A stretch of DNA of 64,000 nucleotides from Spirochaetia bacterium (GCA_965203905.1 CBDBDQ010000005.1:3392001-3456000), one strand, 5' to 3'; shown: positions 29,445 to 39,524, counted from the first letter of the stretch. The notes: a model not told the origin generated them from the letters alone. Numbers and translations are program-made.

Positions 29445-30478
29445 GTAGTGTCCGGTGTCGGAGCATCGGCGCGCAGCAGCCGTTCGTGCTTGAGCTCCTG
29501 CCACAGGTCGCCCGCGATGGGCCAGGCCACCATGGCGACGTTGTCGCGCACCTCGGCGGGCGTCACCGCGCCGGGAATCACGGTGGCGATGGCGGGGTGG
29601 GCGAGGGCGAACTGCAGCGCCGCCGCGCGCAACGGGACCCCGTGGCGCTCGCACACGGCGCTGATTCGGGCCACCCTGTCGTGCACCTCGGGCACCGCTG
29701 CGCTGTAGTTGTAGGTGGCGCCCGCTACCGCGCCGGTGGCGAGGATGCCGGAGGCGTAAGGGGCTCCCTTGATGATGCCGACGTCGTGCTCGGTGCAGTA
29801 GCTCAGCTCGCCGTCGAGCAACTCCTGCTCAACCAGCGAATAGGGTATCGCCAGCAGGAAGTAGTCGAGCGCGATGCGCTCGACGAACCGGGTGATGGTG
29901 CCGGGGTCGTTGACCCCAGCCCCGATGGCACGGATCTCACCGGCCGCCTTCAGCTCCTGGAGCGCGCGCCAGCCACCCGCCCGGACGAGCTGATCGAGGT
30001 AACGGTCGGCGATCTCCGGCGTCGCGTGCTCGCTGTAGTCCAGGTCGTGGATCGTCAGCAGGTCTACCCGGGTGATGCCGAACCGCTGCAGGCTGTCCTC
30101 GTAGGAGCGCATGACACCACCGTAGGAGAAGTCCCAGCGCAGTGCGAAGGGCAGCCCGCCGCTCCAGCCGCCGAGATCCACCTCCCGCGACGGAGGTCGC
30201 GGCCGCTGCAGCAACCTGCCCACCTTGGTCGCCAGCACGGTGTCGCCGAGGTCGCGCTGGCGCAGTTGATAGCCCAGCCGCAGCTCGCTCTGCCCGTGAC
30301 CGTAGAGCGGCGCGGTATCGAACAGGCGGATGCCCGCCTGGTACGCCGCCGCCAGGGTCTCCTGCACCTGTGCTTCAGGTAGGCGCCGGAACAGCCCGCC
30401 GATCGTGGCGCCCCCGAATCCGAGCGCCGTGACCTCGACCCCGCTCCCACCAAGGCGCACCCGCGTCGTCGCCGTCAT
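29441..30478 (-). CDS. Aldo/keto reductase (D-threo-aldose dehydrogenase-like)
   Basis: [34 protein letters not shown]. Confidence 0.9.
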   Translation of the reverse strand: MTATTRVRLGGSGVEVTALGFGGATIGGLFRRLPEAQVQETLAAAYQAGIRLFDTAPLYGHGQSELRLGYQLRQRDLGDTVLATKVGRLLQRPRPPSREVDLGGWSGGLPFALRWDFSYGGVMRSYEDSLQRFGITRVDLLTIHDLDYSEHATPEIADRYLDQLVRAGGWRALQELKAAGEIRAIGAGVNDPGTITRFVERIALDYFLLAIPYSLVEQELLDGELSYCTEHDVGIIKGAPYASGILATGAVAGATYNYSAAVPEVHDRVARISAVCERHGVPLRAAALQFALAHPAIATVIPGAVTPAEVRDNVAMVAWPIAGDLWQELKHERLLRADAPTPDTT

Positions 30479-30507
30479 CGCTGGAGAGACAGTGTAATGT
30501 GACCGCC

Positions 30508-31638
30508 ATGCGCGTCCAACTGCAGCAGTTCGCAGCCGTGACCGCCACCCCGCGCACGGCCTGGACCTTCGCGCTGTTGTCCGACGGCGAAGGCACCGAC
30601 ACCGCGGTCGAGCTGACCCTGGGAGACCGCTCGGAGCGAGTGGCCGACACGCTCGCCAAGTTGCTCGCGGCATTGGGCGGCGCGGAGCTGACCGGCGACT
30701 GGGACGTTGCCCAGCGTATGGGCCTGGTTCCCGACCGGCTGCGGCAAGACGTCGTGCTGGCCACCGCGACAAGCGCCCTGCGCAGCGCCGTGACCCAGCT
30801 CGCTGCGGCTCGCGCGGGGATGAGCCTGCACCGCTTCCTCGGTGCCGAGCCGACCGCGAGCGTCGAGATGTACGCCAACATCAACCGCGCGCTGTTCGCC
30901 ACCGCCCGCACCCCCGCCGACTTCGCACGCGCCGCGGGAAGGGCCGCCCGCGCCGGGTTCCGATGCTTCAAGTGCGCGCCGTTCGACGAGGTCACGCCTG
31001 CCGCGGCGCCGGAAGGGGTGCTCGGCCTCGCCCGGCCCGGACTGGAGCGGACCCGCGCCGTCCGTGACTCAATCGGCGCCGGCGTCCGGCTTCTGGTCGA
31101 CTGCCACGCCCGCTTCACCGTCGCCACCGCACCGCCGATCGCCGAGGAGTTGGCACAGCTCGACGTCGGCTGGTTCGAGGAGCCGGTGCAGCCGCGCACC
31201 GCGGCCGCCGACCTGGCGGCGATCGCGCGCCGTGTGCGGATGCCGGTGGCCGGCGGCGAGTCGGGGTACGGCCGCGACTTCTTCGACGATCTGCTCGACC
31301 GCGGGGCCGTCTCCGTCATCATGCCCGACATCAAGCACTGCGGCGGCGTGGCGGAGGCGGTGCGCGCCGGCCGTTCGGCGCTGGGGCGGGGCAGGGCCTT
31401 CTCGCTGCACAGTCCATCCGGCCCGGTCTCGCTGCTGGCCGGCGCCCACGTCAGCGCCGCCGTGCCGGGCGCACTGCCGCTGGAGCATGCCGTCGACGAG
31501 GTCGACTGGCGCGCCGACCTGATCGACCCCGCCGAGCGGATCGAGGACGGGCGCCTGCTACTGCCGCCCGGCCCCGGCCTTGGAGCGGCCCTCGACTGGC
31601 GCTCCATCCGCCGTCACGGCCGGACCTGGAAACCTTGA
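30508..31638 (+). CDS. Mandelate racemase/enolase superfamily enzyme
   Basis: YANINR, FKCAPF, VDCH, FEEP, GGE, MPDIK.CGG, LHSP, GPGLG. Confidence 0.88.
   Translation: MRVQLQQFAAVTATPRTAWTFALLSDGEGTDTAVELTLGDRSERVADTLAKLLAALGGAELTGDWDVAQRMGLVPDRLRQDVVLATATSALRSAVTQLAAARAGMSLHRFLGAEPTASVEMYANINRALFATARTPADFARAAGRAARAGFRCFKCAPFDEVTPAAAPEGVLGLARPGLERTRAVRDSIGAGVRLLVDCHARFTVATAPPIAEELAQLDVGWFEEPVQPRTAAADLAAIARRVRMPVAGGESGYGRDFFDDLLDRGAVSVIMPDIKHCGGVAEAVRAGRSALGRGRAFSLHSPSGPVSLLAGAHVSAAVPGALPLEHAVDEVDWRADLIDPAERIEDGRLLLPPGPGLGAALDWRSIRRHGRTWKP
31551..31638 (+). repeat. 88-bp direct repeat, copy 1 (3' end of enolase-family gene)
   Basis: Near-identical to 33828-33915, stop codon included. Confidence 0.9.
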
Positions 31639-31737
31639 GACGGCCTTCCGCGAACCAGTCGAAGTACACCTGGATGCTCGGTCAATCCAGGGGGCGTCCG
31701 CGTCGCGCTGCGCATGGCCGGCGTTCCCCCGCGGCTC

Positions 31738-33492
31738 CTACGCTACGGCGTCGCTGAACACCAGCTCCCAGCCATGGAACACCGCCGCCAGGCCGGTGAA
31801 CCGTACCCTCGGGAACTGCCGCGCCAGCCGCTCGTCCGCCAGGTAGCGCCGCAACTGCGCCGTGGCCTCTCCGGCCGCCGCCGCCACGCCCGCCTCGTCC
31901 GCTGACTCGCTGCGCGCCAGGTACTTCAGCTCGATCAGATAGCCGCGTCGCAACTGCGGATAGCGCGCGACCAGCGGCTCCAGGCTGATGTCCGCGTGGC
32001 CCTTCCCCAGCTCCGCCTCCGACCGGAACACGTAATAGTCCGCGATACTCAGATAGGCGGCCAGGAATCCCTGGATGACCTTCTCTCCGGCGATGTAGTC
32101 GCGAATCCCCGTCTGCGCCGCGATCGCCTCGCTCAGGAACTCCAGCACCGGCCGCCACTCGCCCTCGTTGGCCATCCCCAGCATCAATTGCTCGAACCGG
32201 TGCAGGTCGACCTTGAACACCCCTACGTCCTGGTAGCCGTCGCGCAGGTAGCCGTACATCAGCCGCTTCACCGTCTGGTTCGGGATCGCCAGCGTCGGCG
32301 TCACGCCCTGCGCGTCGCGGATGCTCAGCAGCCCGAAGTAGTGCAGCAGGGACAGGAAGTTCTCCCGCTCGGCGAGCCGCCCCAGCGGAAAGCTCGGCTG
32401 GAGGCGGGCGTCAGCCTGCTCCTCACCGATGATCTTTCGCAGCAGGTCGAAGTTGCCGTTCAACTGCCGGCCCACCACCAGCAGGTGGCGCAGCTTGCCG
32501 TAGTCGATGCGCACGTTGGTGTCGATCAGGTACGTCGGCACGCGCCGGTTCGGGATCGATTGGTCCAGGTAGTAGAGCACCATGTCGGTGTTGTAGAGGT
32601 CGGTGTCGGCCTCCTCCGCGAACCGGTAGCCGTTGTACCACTGGCCCATGATGCCCATCGCGGTGTCGACGCCCTGATTGAACACGCCGAGGTCCTGGTA
32701 GGTTTCGACCAGGCGCCGCACCTCCGCCTCGGTGAAGCCGACCATCTCGTTGAAGTCGGTGTGCAGGCTGATGTTCTTGCCGATGTTGAAGCCGCTGGTG
32801 ACGTCGTCCATGGTCACCGGCGACACGCCGGTGATGAACAGGCGGTCGATGCCGCCGCCGCTGCGGTCGGTGCCACCCTTGAGGGTGGCGAAGAAGCTGC
32901 GGAAGAAGCCGCCGCCGTGGGTGAAGGCGTGGTACGCCTCGGCGCCGTGGTGCGCCAGCACCGTGTTGGCGAAGTTGTCGTACTCGTCGATCAGCACGTA
33001 CAGCGGAATGCCGTGGTCGCCGACGTAGCGGAACAGCTCTCCCAGCTTCTCGGTGATCGACGGCGGCGCGAGAATCTCTCCCAGCGCCGCTTCGGGAAAC
33101 AGGTCGGGATGCCGGCGCAGCGTCCCCCGCAGCTCCGTGTGGCAATGCCCCTCGAAGCGTTGCTCCAGGGTCTCCAGCTTGTCGCTGACCATCGAGAAGT
33201 TGAAGCGCAGGGTGACGTAGCGGCTGTGTTCCCCGGTCGGTCTCCGCCCGATGTCGGTGCCGGCAAAGGTGGCGTCGAAGTCGCCGGCCCAGAAGCGGTC
33301 GTAGTAGTTCTCCAGCAGCGACACCCACACGGTCTTGCCGAACCGCCGCGGGCGGATCAGGAAGGCGTAGTGCTCCTGCTCCAGACGCCGCAGGAAGCGG
33401 GTCTTGTCCACGTACAGCCACTGGTTCAGGCGGATGCGCCGGAAGTCGCCTTGGCCGTAGGGAATGTGCGGGTACGCGGGCGTCTCGTCCAC
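31738..33492 (-). CDS. AAA-ATPase-like domain + PD-(D/E)XK nuclease (PDDEXK_9-type) protein
   Basis: YVDKT, RPRRFGKT (Walker A), LIDEYD (Walker B), FITGVS, YNGY, SE...G.ADI...IELKY, QL..Y. Confidence 0.92.
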   Translation of the reverse strand: MDETPAYPHIPYGQGDFRRIRLNQWLYVDKTRFLRRLEQEHYAFLIRPRRFGKTVWVSLLENYYDRFWAGDFDATFAGTDIGRRPTGEHSRYVTLRFNFSMVSDKLETLEQRFEGHCHTELRGTLRRHPDLFPEAALGEILAPPSITEKLGELFRYVGDHGIPLYVLIDEYDNFANTVLAHHGAEAYHAFTHGGGFFRSFFATLKGGTDRSGGGIDRLFITGVSPVTMDDVTSGFNIGKNISLHTDFNEMVGFTEAEVRRLVETYQDLGVFNQGVDTAMGIMGQWYNGYRFAEEADTDLYNTDMVLYYLDQSIPNRRVPTYLIDTNVRIDYGKLRHLLVVGRQLNGNFDLLRKIIGEEQADARLQPSFPLGRLAERENFLSLLHYFGLLSIRDAQGVTPTLAIPNQTVKRLMYGYLRDGYQDVGVFKVDLHRFEQLMLGMANEGEWRPVLEFLSEAIAAQTGIRDYIAGEKVIQGFLAAYLSIADYYVFRSEAELGKGHADISLEPLVARYPQLRRGYLIELKYLARSESADEAGVAAAAGEATAQLRRYLADERLARQFPRVRFTGLAAVFHGWELVFSDAVA

Positions 33493-33633
33493 TTGCAGAC
33501 CGTGCCGCCGACACTCTATCGCCCGTGCGACGGCCCCTCAAGCTCAGGTCGGCTCTTTCACCGCCCGCGGTTGCCGAAACGTCCCGCTGCCTGCGCGCGA
33601 CATGGCGCTCGTGTAGTTCGACTCTCCGTGCTG

Positions 33634-33827
33634 CTACCAGCGTAGCGTCGACTGCACCGAGAGCGCATGCTCCGGCTGTGCGGCGGTGGACTCGCGGCGG
33701 GTCACCAGCTCGATCAGGACACTACTATCCGACAGGTCGCTGGCGTGGAACGTGTAGCCCAGCCGGTGTGTGCGTTCGTGCTCGGAGAGGCCGATGCCGG
33801 CCCACGGCACCCCGACACCACCGGCCA
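33634..33827 (-). pseudogene. Possible C-terminal remnant of a beta-barrel/autotransporter-like surface protein
   Basis: GVPWAGIGLSEHERTHRLGYTF...IELVTRRES...EHALSVQSTLRW*; amphipathic strands, terminal Trp, no start. Confidence 0.4.
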
Positions 33828-33915
33828 GCGCCTGCTGCTGCCGCCCGGCCCAGGCCTTGGAGCGGCCCTCGACTGGCGCTCCGTCCAACGTCACGGCAGG
33901 ACCTGGACACCTTGA
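33828..33915 (+). repeat. 88-bp direct repeat, copy 2 (orphan duplicate of the enolase gene 3' end)
   Basis: Encodes RLLLPPGPGLGAALDWRSVQRHGRTWTP* versus RLLLPPGPGLGAALDWRSIRRHGRTWKP*. Confidence 0.9.
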
Positions 33916-33945
33916 ACCAACCCGAGCCGCGGCGGCCCGCCGTCC

Positions 33946-34506
33946 TCAATCGGATCGCGGCATCTGGCGCAGGAACTCTCGGCACTTGGCTACCAGACGC
34001 AGCAGTCCCGGATCCGTGGTGATCGACTCGACATCCTCGAACGGCACCCACCTGAGTGCGAGGGACTCGGCCGTTACCGTGAAGGTCTCGGAGTGCCGCG
34101 CCTGGAGCAGGAAGCGGACGTCGTAGTGGTAGTGGGCAGGGCTGCGGCCGCGGGGGGTGGAGGGCCCGTGGATGTCGAGATCGATGATGTCTTCCAGCAG
34201 CGGAGTCACCGCGAGGCCCGACTCCTCGGCCGCCTCCCGGCACGCGACCGCCAGCGGATCCGGGTCGCCGTCGGCGTGGCCGCCGAGTTGCAGCCACCTG
34301 CCGACCTTGGCGTGGTGGGTCAGCAGCACGCGCGTCGCGGTGCGGTCGACCACCAGGGCCGAGCCGGTGACGTGACCGTCGTCCCAGCAGTCGCGCTCGA
34401 AGCAGCGCGGCTGGCGCAGCACGAAGCCGCGGAAGCGGGTCTGGTCCTCGTCGGGATAGCGCGCCTGGTAGCCGTCGAGCGCGGCGAGCAGCCGGTTGCG
34501 GTGCAG
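33946..34506 (-). CDS. NUDIX hydrolase (probable CTG start)
   Basis: GHVTGSA, WLQLGGHADG..DPL..A.REA.EESGL, HYDVRF; frame open upstream to CTG 34506 (LHRNRLLAALDGY...). Confidence 0.85.
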   Translation of the reverse strand: MHRNRLLAALDGYQARYPDEDQTRFRGFVLRQPRCFERDCWDDGHVTGSALVVDRTATRVLLTHHAKVGRWLQLGGHADGDPDPLAVACREAAEESGLAVTPLLEDIIDLDIHGPSTPRGRSPAHYHYDVRFLLQARHSETFTVTAESLALRWVPFEDVESITTDPGLLRLVAKCREFLRQMPRSD

Positions 34507-34515
34507 GGCGCTTGC

Positions 34516-35325
34516 TCAGGCGGCGGCCGGGACCGCGCGGCCGTCGTGATCGAAAATCAACGGGAACGGCTGGCGCCGGTGCGAGCGGGTGGCGGCGTCC
34601 ATGTAGCAGACGCTGAAGGCGCGCCGCGGGATGGCGACGGCGTTGGTGCCCGAGCGGTGCAGGGTCCAGTTGTGCAGCAGCACCGCCTCGCCGGCAGCCA
34701 ACTCCAGGTGCAGGGGGCGGTGCGCCGGGTCCCCGGCGGTTATCAGCCGTTCCAGATCGGCCCGTTGCCCGTCACTGAGGAAGCCGGACCCGTTGCTGGG
34801 GTTCCGCAGGCGGCGATGCGAGCCGGGGATGATCTGCATGCAACCGTTGGCAATCGACGCGGGGTCGAGCGCGGTCCACACGGTGATCTGTGGATCGCGA
34901 TCCAGGTCGACCCAGCGGTCCTGGTGCCACCGCAGGTCGGTGCCGGCCCCGGCCGGCTTGTTCATGAACATGGCCCGGAAACAGGAAATCGCCCGGCCAG
35001 CGCCATGGATCCGGCGACACAGCTCGGCGAACAGCGGCCGCTGCAGGTAGGAACGGAACAACGGGTCCAGTTCCAGGTCCTGGATCTTGCGGTAGGCGAG
35101 GGTGGCGCCCTTGTGCCCGGCCGATGCTCCCCTCTTGTGCTGCGGCGGATTGGTCGCCGGGTCGAGTTGCATCAGCATGCGGTCGTAGGGCACCGGCGCG
35201 GTGCCGAGCATGATCTCGTCGATGCGGACGCGCAGCGCTTCCAGCTCCTCGTCGCCCAGCAGCTTGCCGAGGCGGAGACAGCCCCGGCGGCGAAACTCCT
35301 GCAAGCGAGCGTCGGTCAACAGCAC
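34516..35325 (-). CDS. Phytanoyl-CoA dioxygenase family protein
   Basis: MNKP, WHQD, VWTALD, NGC, PGSH, LHRSG.N, RRA. Confidence 0.9.
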   Translation of the reverse strand: MLLTDARLQEFRRRGCLRLGKLLGDEELEALRVRIDEIMLGTAPVPYDRMLMQLDPATNPPQHKRGASAGHKGATLAYRKIQDLELDPLFRSYLQRPLFAELCRRIHGAGRAISCFRAMFMNKPAGAGTDLRWHQDRWVDLDRDPQITVWTALDPASIANGCMQIIPGSHRRLRNPSNGSGFLSDGQRADLERLITAGDPAHRPLHLELAAGEAVLLHNWTLHRSGTNAVAIPRRAFSVCYMDAATRSHRRQPFPLIFDHDGRAVPAAA

Positions 35326-35337
35326 GTGCGGCTCCCG

Positions 35338-36435
35338 TCAGTCGTCGCCCAGCATGAGCGCGCGGCACACCTGCGCCAGGCGCTCCAGCTCGTCGAGCGG
35401 CATCGACTCCTGGTTGGTGTGGATGTCCAGGTAGCCCACCGAGATCACCACGGTGGGCAGCCCCTTGGCGTTGAACTCGTTGGCATCGCTGCCGCCGCAG
35501 GTGGTCGAGCGCCAAGGCTCCAGCCCGGCGGCGCGGATCGCGGCCTCGGCTCGCCGCACCACCGCATCGTCCTCGGTGAAGCGATAGCCGGCGGTTGCCG
35601 TGACCGGCGTTACCTCTATCTCGCCGCCGAACTCCTCGGCGCCGCGGCGGCAGCACTCCAGCAGGTGCTCCCGGTGAGCGCGGAAAGTGGCTTCGTCGAG
35701 ACTGCGCGTCTGCACCGTCAGCTCGGCGCACGGTGGGATGATGTTGGCGGCCTCGCCGCCGGAAAGCACGCCGGCGTTGGCCGTGGTCTGCCCGTCGACG
35801 CGGCCCAGACGCATGCGGTCGATGGCACGCGCCGCCATCTGCAGGGCGCTGCGGCCCGTCTCCGGCTCGGTGCCGGCGTGTGCCGCGCGGCCGTTGAAGG
35901 TGACGCGGAACGTCTCCGCCCACGGGCCGGCGAGGATGACGCCGCCGACCGGGCCGTCCACGTCCGGCACGAACGCCATCCGCGAGCGCACGCCGGCCAC
36001 GTCGAACGCCTTGGAGCCGATGTGTCCGACGTCCTCGCCCACGGTGAACAGCAACTCGACCGGCGGATGAGGCAGACCCTCGGCCGCGATCGCTTCCACC
36101 GCCTCCACCATGGCCGCGACCGCCGCCTTGTCGTCCGCGCCCAGCACGCTGGAGCCGTCGGTGTGCACCGCGCCGTCACGGACCACCGGCTCCATGCCCG
36201 GCGTGGGGCGGACGGTGTCGGTGTGGGCGCAGAGCAGGATCGGTTCCCGGTCCGCCTTGGCACCAGAGCCCCGCCACCAGCCGAGCACGTTGCGATGCGG
36301 GTCGGCCTGCAGACGCACCCCCGCCCGCTGCAGCCTGGGCCGCAGCGCCTCGATTACCGGGTCCTCGTTGGGATGGTAGCTGTCGATCCGCAGGATCTCC
36401 AGGAAGGTGTCGAGCAGACGGGCGGAGTCGATCAT
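35338..36435 (-). CDS. M20/M25/M40 metallopeptidase (peptidase T-like)
   Basis: AHTDTV, LGADDKA, TVGED, AHAG, GGSDAN, IHT..E. Confidence 0.9.
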   Translation of the reverse strand: MIDSARLLDTFLEILRIDSYHPNEDPVIEALRPRLQRAGVRLQADPHRNVLGWWRGSGAKADREPILLCAHTDTVRPTPGMEPVVRDGAVHTDGSSVLGADDKAAVAAMVEAVEAIAAEGLPHPPVELLFTVGEDVGHIGSKAFDVAGVRSRMAFVPDVDGPVGGVILAGPWAETFRVTFNGRAAHAGTEPETGRSALQMAARAIDRMRLGRVDGQTTANAGVLSGGEAANIIPPCAELTVQTRSLDEATFRAHREHLLECCRRGAEEFGGEIEVTPVTATAGYRFTEDDAVVRRAEAAIRAAGLEPWRSTTCGGSDANEFNAKGLPTVVISVGYLDIHTNQESMPLDELERLAQVCRALMLGDD

Positions 36436-36477
36436 GGTCCCGCTCATCTTAGCGCAGCCGGGACGGAGAATTCACGC

Positions 36478-36879
36478 GTCGACGTGCCCGGCTTCGGCGC
36501 GCGACTGAATCTTGGCGCTGCGCTGATGGCGCACACCTGCAAACCGCGAGCGGACGACGAGATGTTCGCGGTGAACCGGCCCCGACCCGGCAACCTCGCC
36601 ATGCCGGCGTATGAACTGTGCATGGCGGCGGACAGCGCCACCGGCGGCGCGCAACTGCACCTGCAGGAGTGTTCCGATTCTACGTTGCAGCGGTTCGCGC
36701 ACCACATCGGTGGTCTGCTCGTGTTGTCCGGTACCGAGCTGTGCCTGGCGGTGGCGCCGGAAGCGGGTCGCCCGACGGGCGGGCCGAGCCACCTGCGGCG
36801 CGACCTGTCGCTGCAGCCGTGTAGCACGACGGAGCCGGAACTGACAGGCTGGCTGTTTCCCGGACCGGCGCCCGAGTGA
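36478..36879 (+). pseudogene. 5'-truncated ricin-B/beta-trefoil lectin-like gene
   Basis: VDVPGFG...AHTCK...LCMAAD...LQEC...QRF...LCLAVA...LQPC pattern; no signal peptide or RBS; paralogous to 58078-58194. Confidence 0.55.
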
Positions 36880-36912
36880 CCCGATCCCTCGGCAGACAGG
36901 GCCGCAGCGTGC

Positions 36913-38379
36913 TCAGCGCAGCGTGTCGTCGCCGCCTGCCAACTCGTTGGTAAAGCAGTCGAGGAGCCGATCGACGCGGAGCCGGTCGGTACGCTCGGGA
37001 TCGTCCCACAGGCGCTCGATCGCCTCCGCACCGGCCGGGGTGAACCGGACGCCCACGCCGGCCGCGAACTTGGCTCGCAGCAACGGCAGTGCCTCGGTCC
37101 GGCGCCGGGGATGGCCCAGCGGGTATGCCACCTCCACGGGCGGCGTGGCAGAGCCGTCCTTGAACCGCACCTGTATCCGGTTGGCGATGGCACGCCTGGC
37201 CGGGTCCAGGTAGTCGCGGGTGAAGCGCGGCTCCTCGCGTACCGTGGTCAGGCGCCGCAGGCGTTCGATGCGGGGGTCGGCGGCGGCCGCGTCGCGGTAG
37301 TGCTCGCTGCGCAGCTCGCCGTGCAGCAGCGCCACCGCCACCATGTACTGCAGGCAGTGGTCGCGGTCCGCGGGAGAGGAGAGCGGCCCGCGCTTGTCGA
37401 TGATGCGCACCGCCGACTCCTGCGTGGAGACCTCCACCTTGGCCACCTCTTCCAGCCGCCCCGCCACTTGCGCGTGCAGGGCAAAGGCCGCGTCGACCGC
37501 GGTCTGGCCGTGGAACTCGGCCGGAAACGAGACCTTGAACAGCACGTTCTCCACCACGTAACTGCCCAGCGGCCGCGCCAGGCGCAGTTCACCACCGCGC
37601 AGCACCACGTCGTGGAAGCCCCAGCGCGGCGCGCTCAGCGCGGCCGGGTAGCCCATCTCGCCGCGCTGCACGAGGTAGGCCAGCCACAGGCCGCGACTGG
37701 TGGCGTCACCGGCGGCCCACGACTTGCGCGAGCCGGTGGTGGCGCCGTGCCGGTACGTGCGCAACGCGCCGCCGTCGAGGAACGCGTGCGACAGCGCCGC
37801 CACCACCCGCTCGGCGTCGCCGCCCAGCAGCCGGGCGGCGACCGCTGCACTCGCCACCCGTACCAGCAGCACGTGGTCCAGCCCGAGCCGGTTGAAGCTA
37901 TTCTCCAGGGCCAGCACGCCCTGGATCTCGTAGGCCTGGATCTGCGCGTGGAGCAGGTCGCGCACGGTCATGGCGCCGGTCGCACCGGCGCCCGTAGCGC
38001 CGGCCGGGGCGCGGCAACGAGCATCGGCAAGTGCCAGCAAGGCGCCCAGGTTGTCGGAGGGATGCCCCCACTCGGCGGCCAGCCAGGTGTCGTTGTAGTC
38101 CAGCCAGCGGATCATGGCGCCGATGTTGAACGCGGCGCTGACGGGATCGAGCCGCAGTCCGGTGCCCGGCACCCGCACCGGCCCGGACTGGCCGTCGGCA
38201 CCGGCCGGAGGTCCGAGGAGGAGGCGGCATTCGGGAGCCTCCAGGGCCAGCAAGGCACAGCCCAGCGAATCGAGCAGGCTCAGGCGTGCCGTGTCGTATG
38301 CGCGGTCGCCGAACGGCGGGGGCGTGGTGACGTAGTCGGCGATCCGCGCCAGGACCGGATCGGCCGCTGCCGGAGCCAT
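36913..38379 (-). CDS. prpD: 2-methylcitrate dehydratase
   Basis: IRWLDYNDTWLAAEWGHPSDN, LENSFNR.GLDH, RKSWAAGDA, FK.SFPAEFH.QT, DRDHC. Confidence 0.95.
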   Translation of the reverse strand: MAPAAADPVLARIADYVTTPPPFGDRAYDTARLSLLDSLGCALLALEAPECRLLLGPPAGADGQSGPVRVPGTGLRLDPVSAAFNIGAMIRWLDYNDTWLAAEWGHPSDNLGALLALADARCRAPAGATGAGATGAMTVRDLLHAQIQAYEIQGVLALENSFNRLGLDHVLLVRVASAAVAARLLGGDAERVVAALSHAFLDGGALRTYRHGATTGSRKSWAAGDATSRGLWLAYLVQRGEMGYPAALSAPRWGFHDVVLRGGELRLARPLGSYVVENVLFKVSFPAEFHGQTAVDAAFALHAQVAGRLEEVAKVEVSTQESAVRIIDKRGPLSSPADRDHCLQYMVAVALLHGELRSEHYRDAAAADPRIERLRRLTTVREEPRFTRDYLDPARRAIANRIQVRFKDGSATPPVEVAYPLGHPRRRTEALPLLRAKFAAGVGVRFTPAGAEAIERLWDDPERTDRLRVDRLLDCFTNELAGGDDTLR

Positions 38380-39524
38380 CACTCCCCGGCGCTGCCGGAC
38401 AGAGTCCGCGGCAGTGGCCTGGGTTGCGGGCCGGTATAGTCCGCGGTCGGACGGATCAGGCGGTTGTTCGCGCGCTGCTCGAGGTAGTGGGCCGCCCACC
38501 CGGCCACGCGGCTGATCACGAACACCGGCGTGAACAGCGTGGTGGGTATGCCGCAGTTGTGGAACAGCAGGGCGCTGTAGAAGTCGAGATTGGGAAACAG
38601 TCCCTTCTCGCGCCGCATCACCGCCTCGATGCGCTGCGCTACCGCGTACTGCCGCCGCTGCTCGTCGGTGGTCGCCAGCCGCTGCGCCCACTGCTGCGCA
38701 ATCGGGCTGCGGGGATCACCATGCCGATAGACGCGATGTCCGAAGCCCATGACCAACTCGCGCCGCGCAAGCATCTCCAGCAGCTCCCGCTCCGCCTCGT
38801 CCGGGGTGCGGAAGCGGGCGATCAGCTCCATCGCCGCCTCGTTGGCACCGCCGTGCAGCGGCCCGCGCAACGCCGCGATGCCGGCGACGATCGCCGAGTG
38901 GAAGTCGCTCAGCGTCGACGCCACGACGCGCGCCGCGAAGGTTGAGGCGTTGAACTCGTGCTCGGCGTACAGGATCAGCGCCGCATCCAGGGCCGCGACC
39001 TGCTCGGCGTGGACGCCGGCGGGTCCGTGAAGCAGGTGCAGGAAGTGCGCCGCCAGCGTGCTCGCGCCGGAGTCGGTGTCCAGCCGCTCGCCCCGCTCCG
39101 CGAAGGCATGCTGGTACAGCAGCGCCCCCGGCAGCACGGCGAGCAGCGCGTCGGCCTGCTCGCGGAACGTGGCGGAGTCGCCGGCGGCGGCATCGCCAGC
39201 AGCCGCGGTGGCGCCGATGAAGGAGCAGGCGCTGCGCAGCACGTCCATCGGGTGGCAGCGGGCGGGCAGCAACTCCAGCATGGCGCGCGCGCCGGCGCTA
39301 AGCGTGCGCCCTGCGGCCAGCCGCCGCCGATACGCCGCCAACTCGCCGGTGGCGGGAAGCGCGCCATGAATCAGCAGGTAGGCGCACTCCTCGAAGCTCG
39401 CACGCTCCGCCAACTCCTCAATCGCGTAGCCGCGATAGGTCAGTCCGGCGCCGCTCTTGCCGACCGTGCTGACCGCGGTCTCGCCCGCCACCACGCCGGC
39501 CAGGCCGCCATCGCTCTTGCTCAT
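38379..39524 (-). CDS. prpC: 2-methylcitrate synthase
   Basis: LTYRGY, YAEHEFNASTF, GPLHGGANE, MGFGHRVY, FPNLDF; located between prpB and prpD. Confidence 0.93.
   Translation of the reverse strand: MSKSDGGLAGVVAGETAVSTVGKSGAGLTYRGYAIEELAERASFEECAYLLIHGALPATGELAAYRRRLAAGRTLSAGARAMLELLPARCHPMDVLRSACSFIGATAAAGDAAAGDSATFREQADALLAVLPGALLYQHAFAERGERLDTDSGASTLAAHFLHLLHGPAGVHAEQVAALDAALILYAEHEFNASTFAARVVASTLSDFHSAIVAGIAALRGPLHGGANEAAMELIARFRTPDEAERELLEMLARRELVMGFGHRVYRHGDPRSPIAQQWAQRLATTDEQRRQYAVAQRIEAVMRREKGLFPNLDFYSALLFHNCGIPTTLFTPVFVISRVAGWAAHYLEQRANNRLIRPTADYTGPQPRPLPRTLSGSAGE

Noticed and set aside
34093-36879. 928-aa plus-strand ORF and other long antisense/overlapping ORFs (25266-27371, 21858-23540, 31996-33645, 48797-50332)
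   Set aside because: Shadow frames of real genes in high-GC DNA; only the last ~130 codons of 34093-36879 look coding (lectin-like relic)
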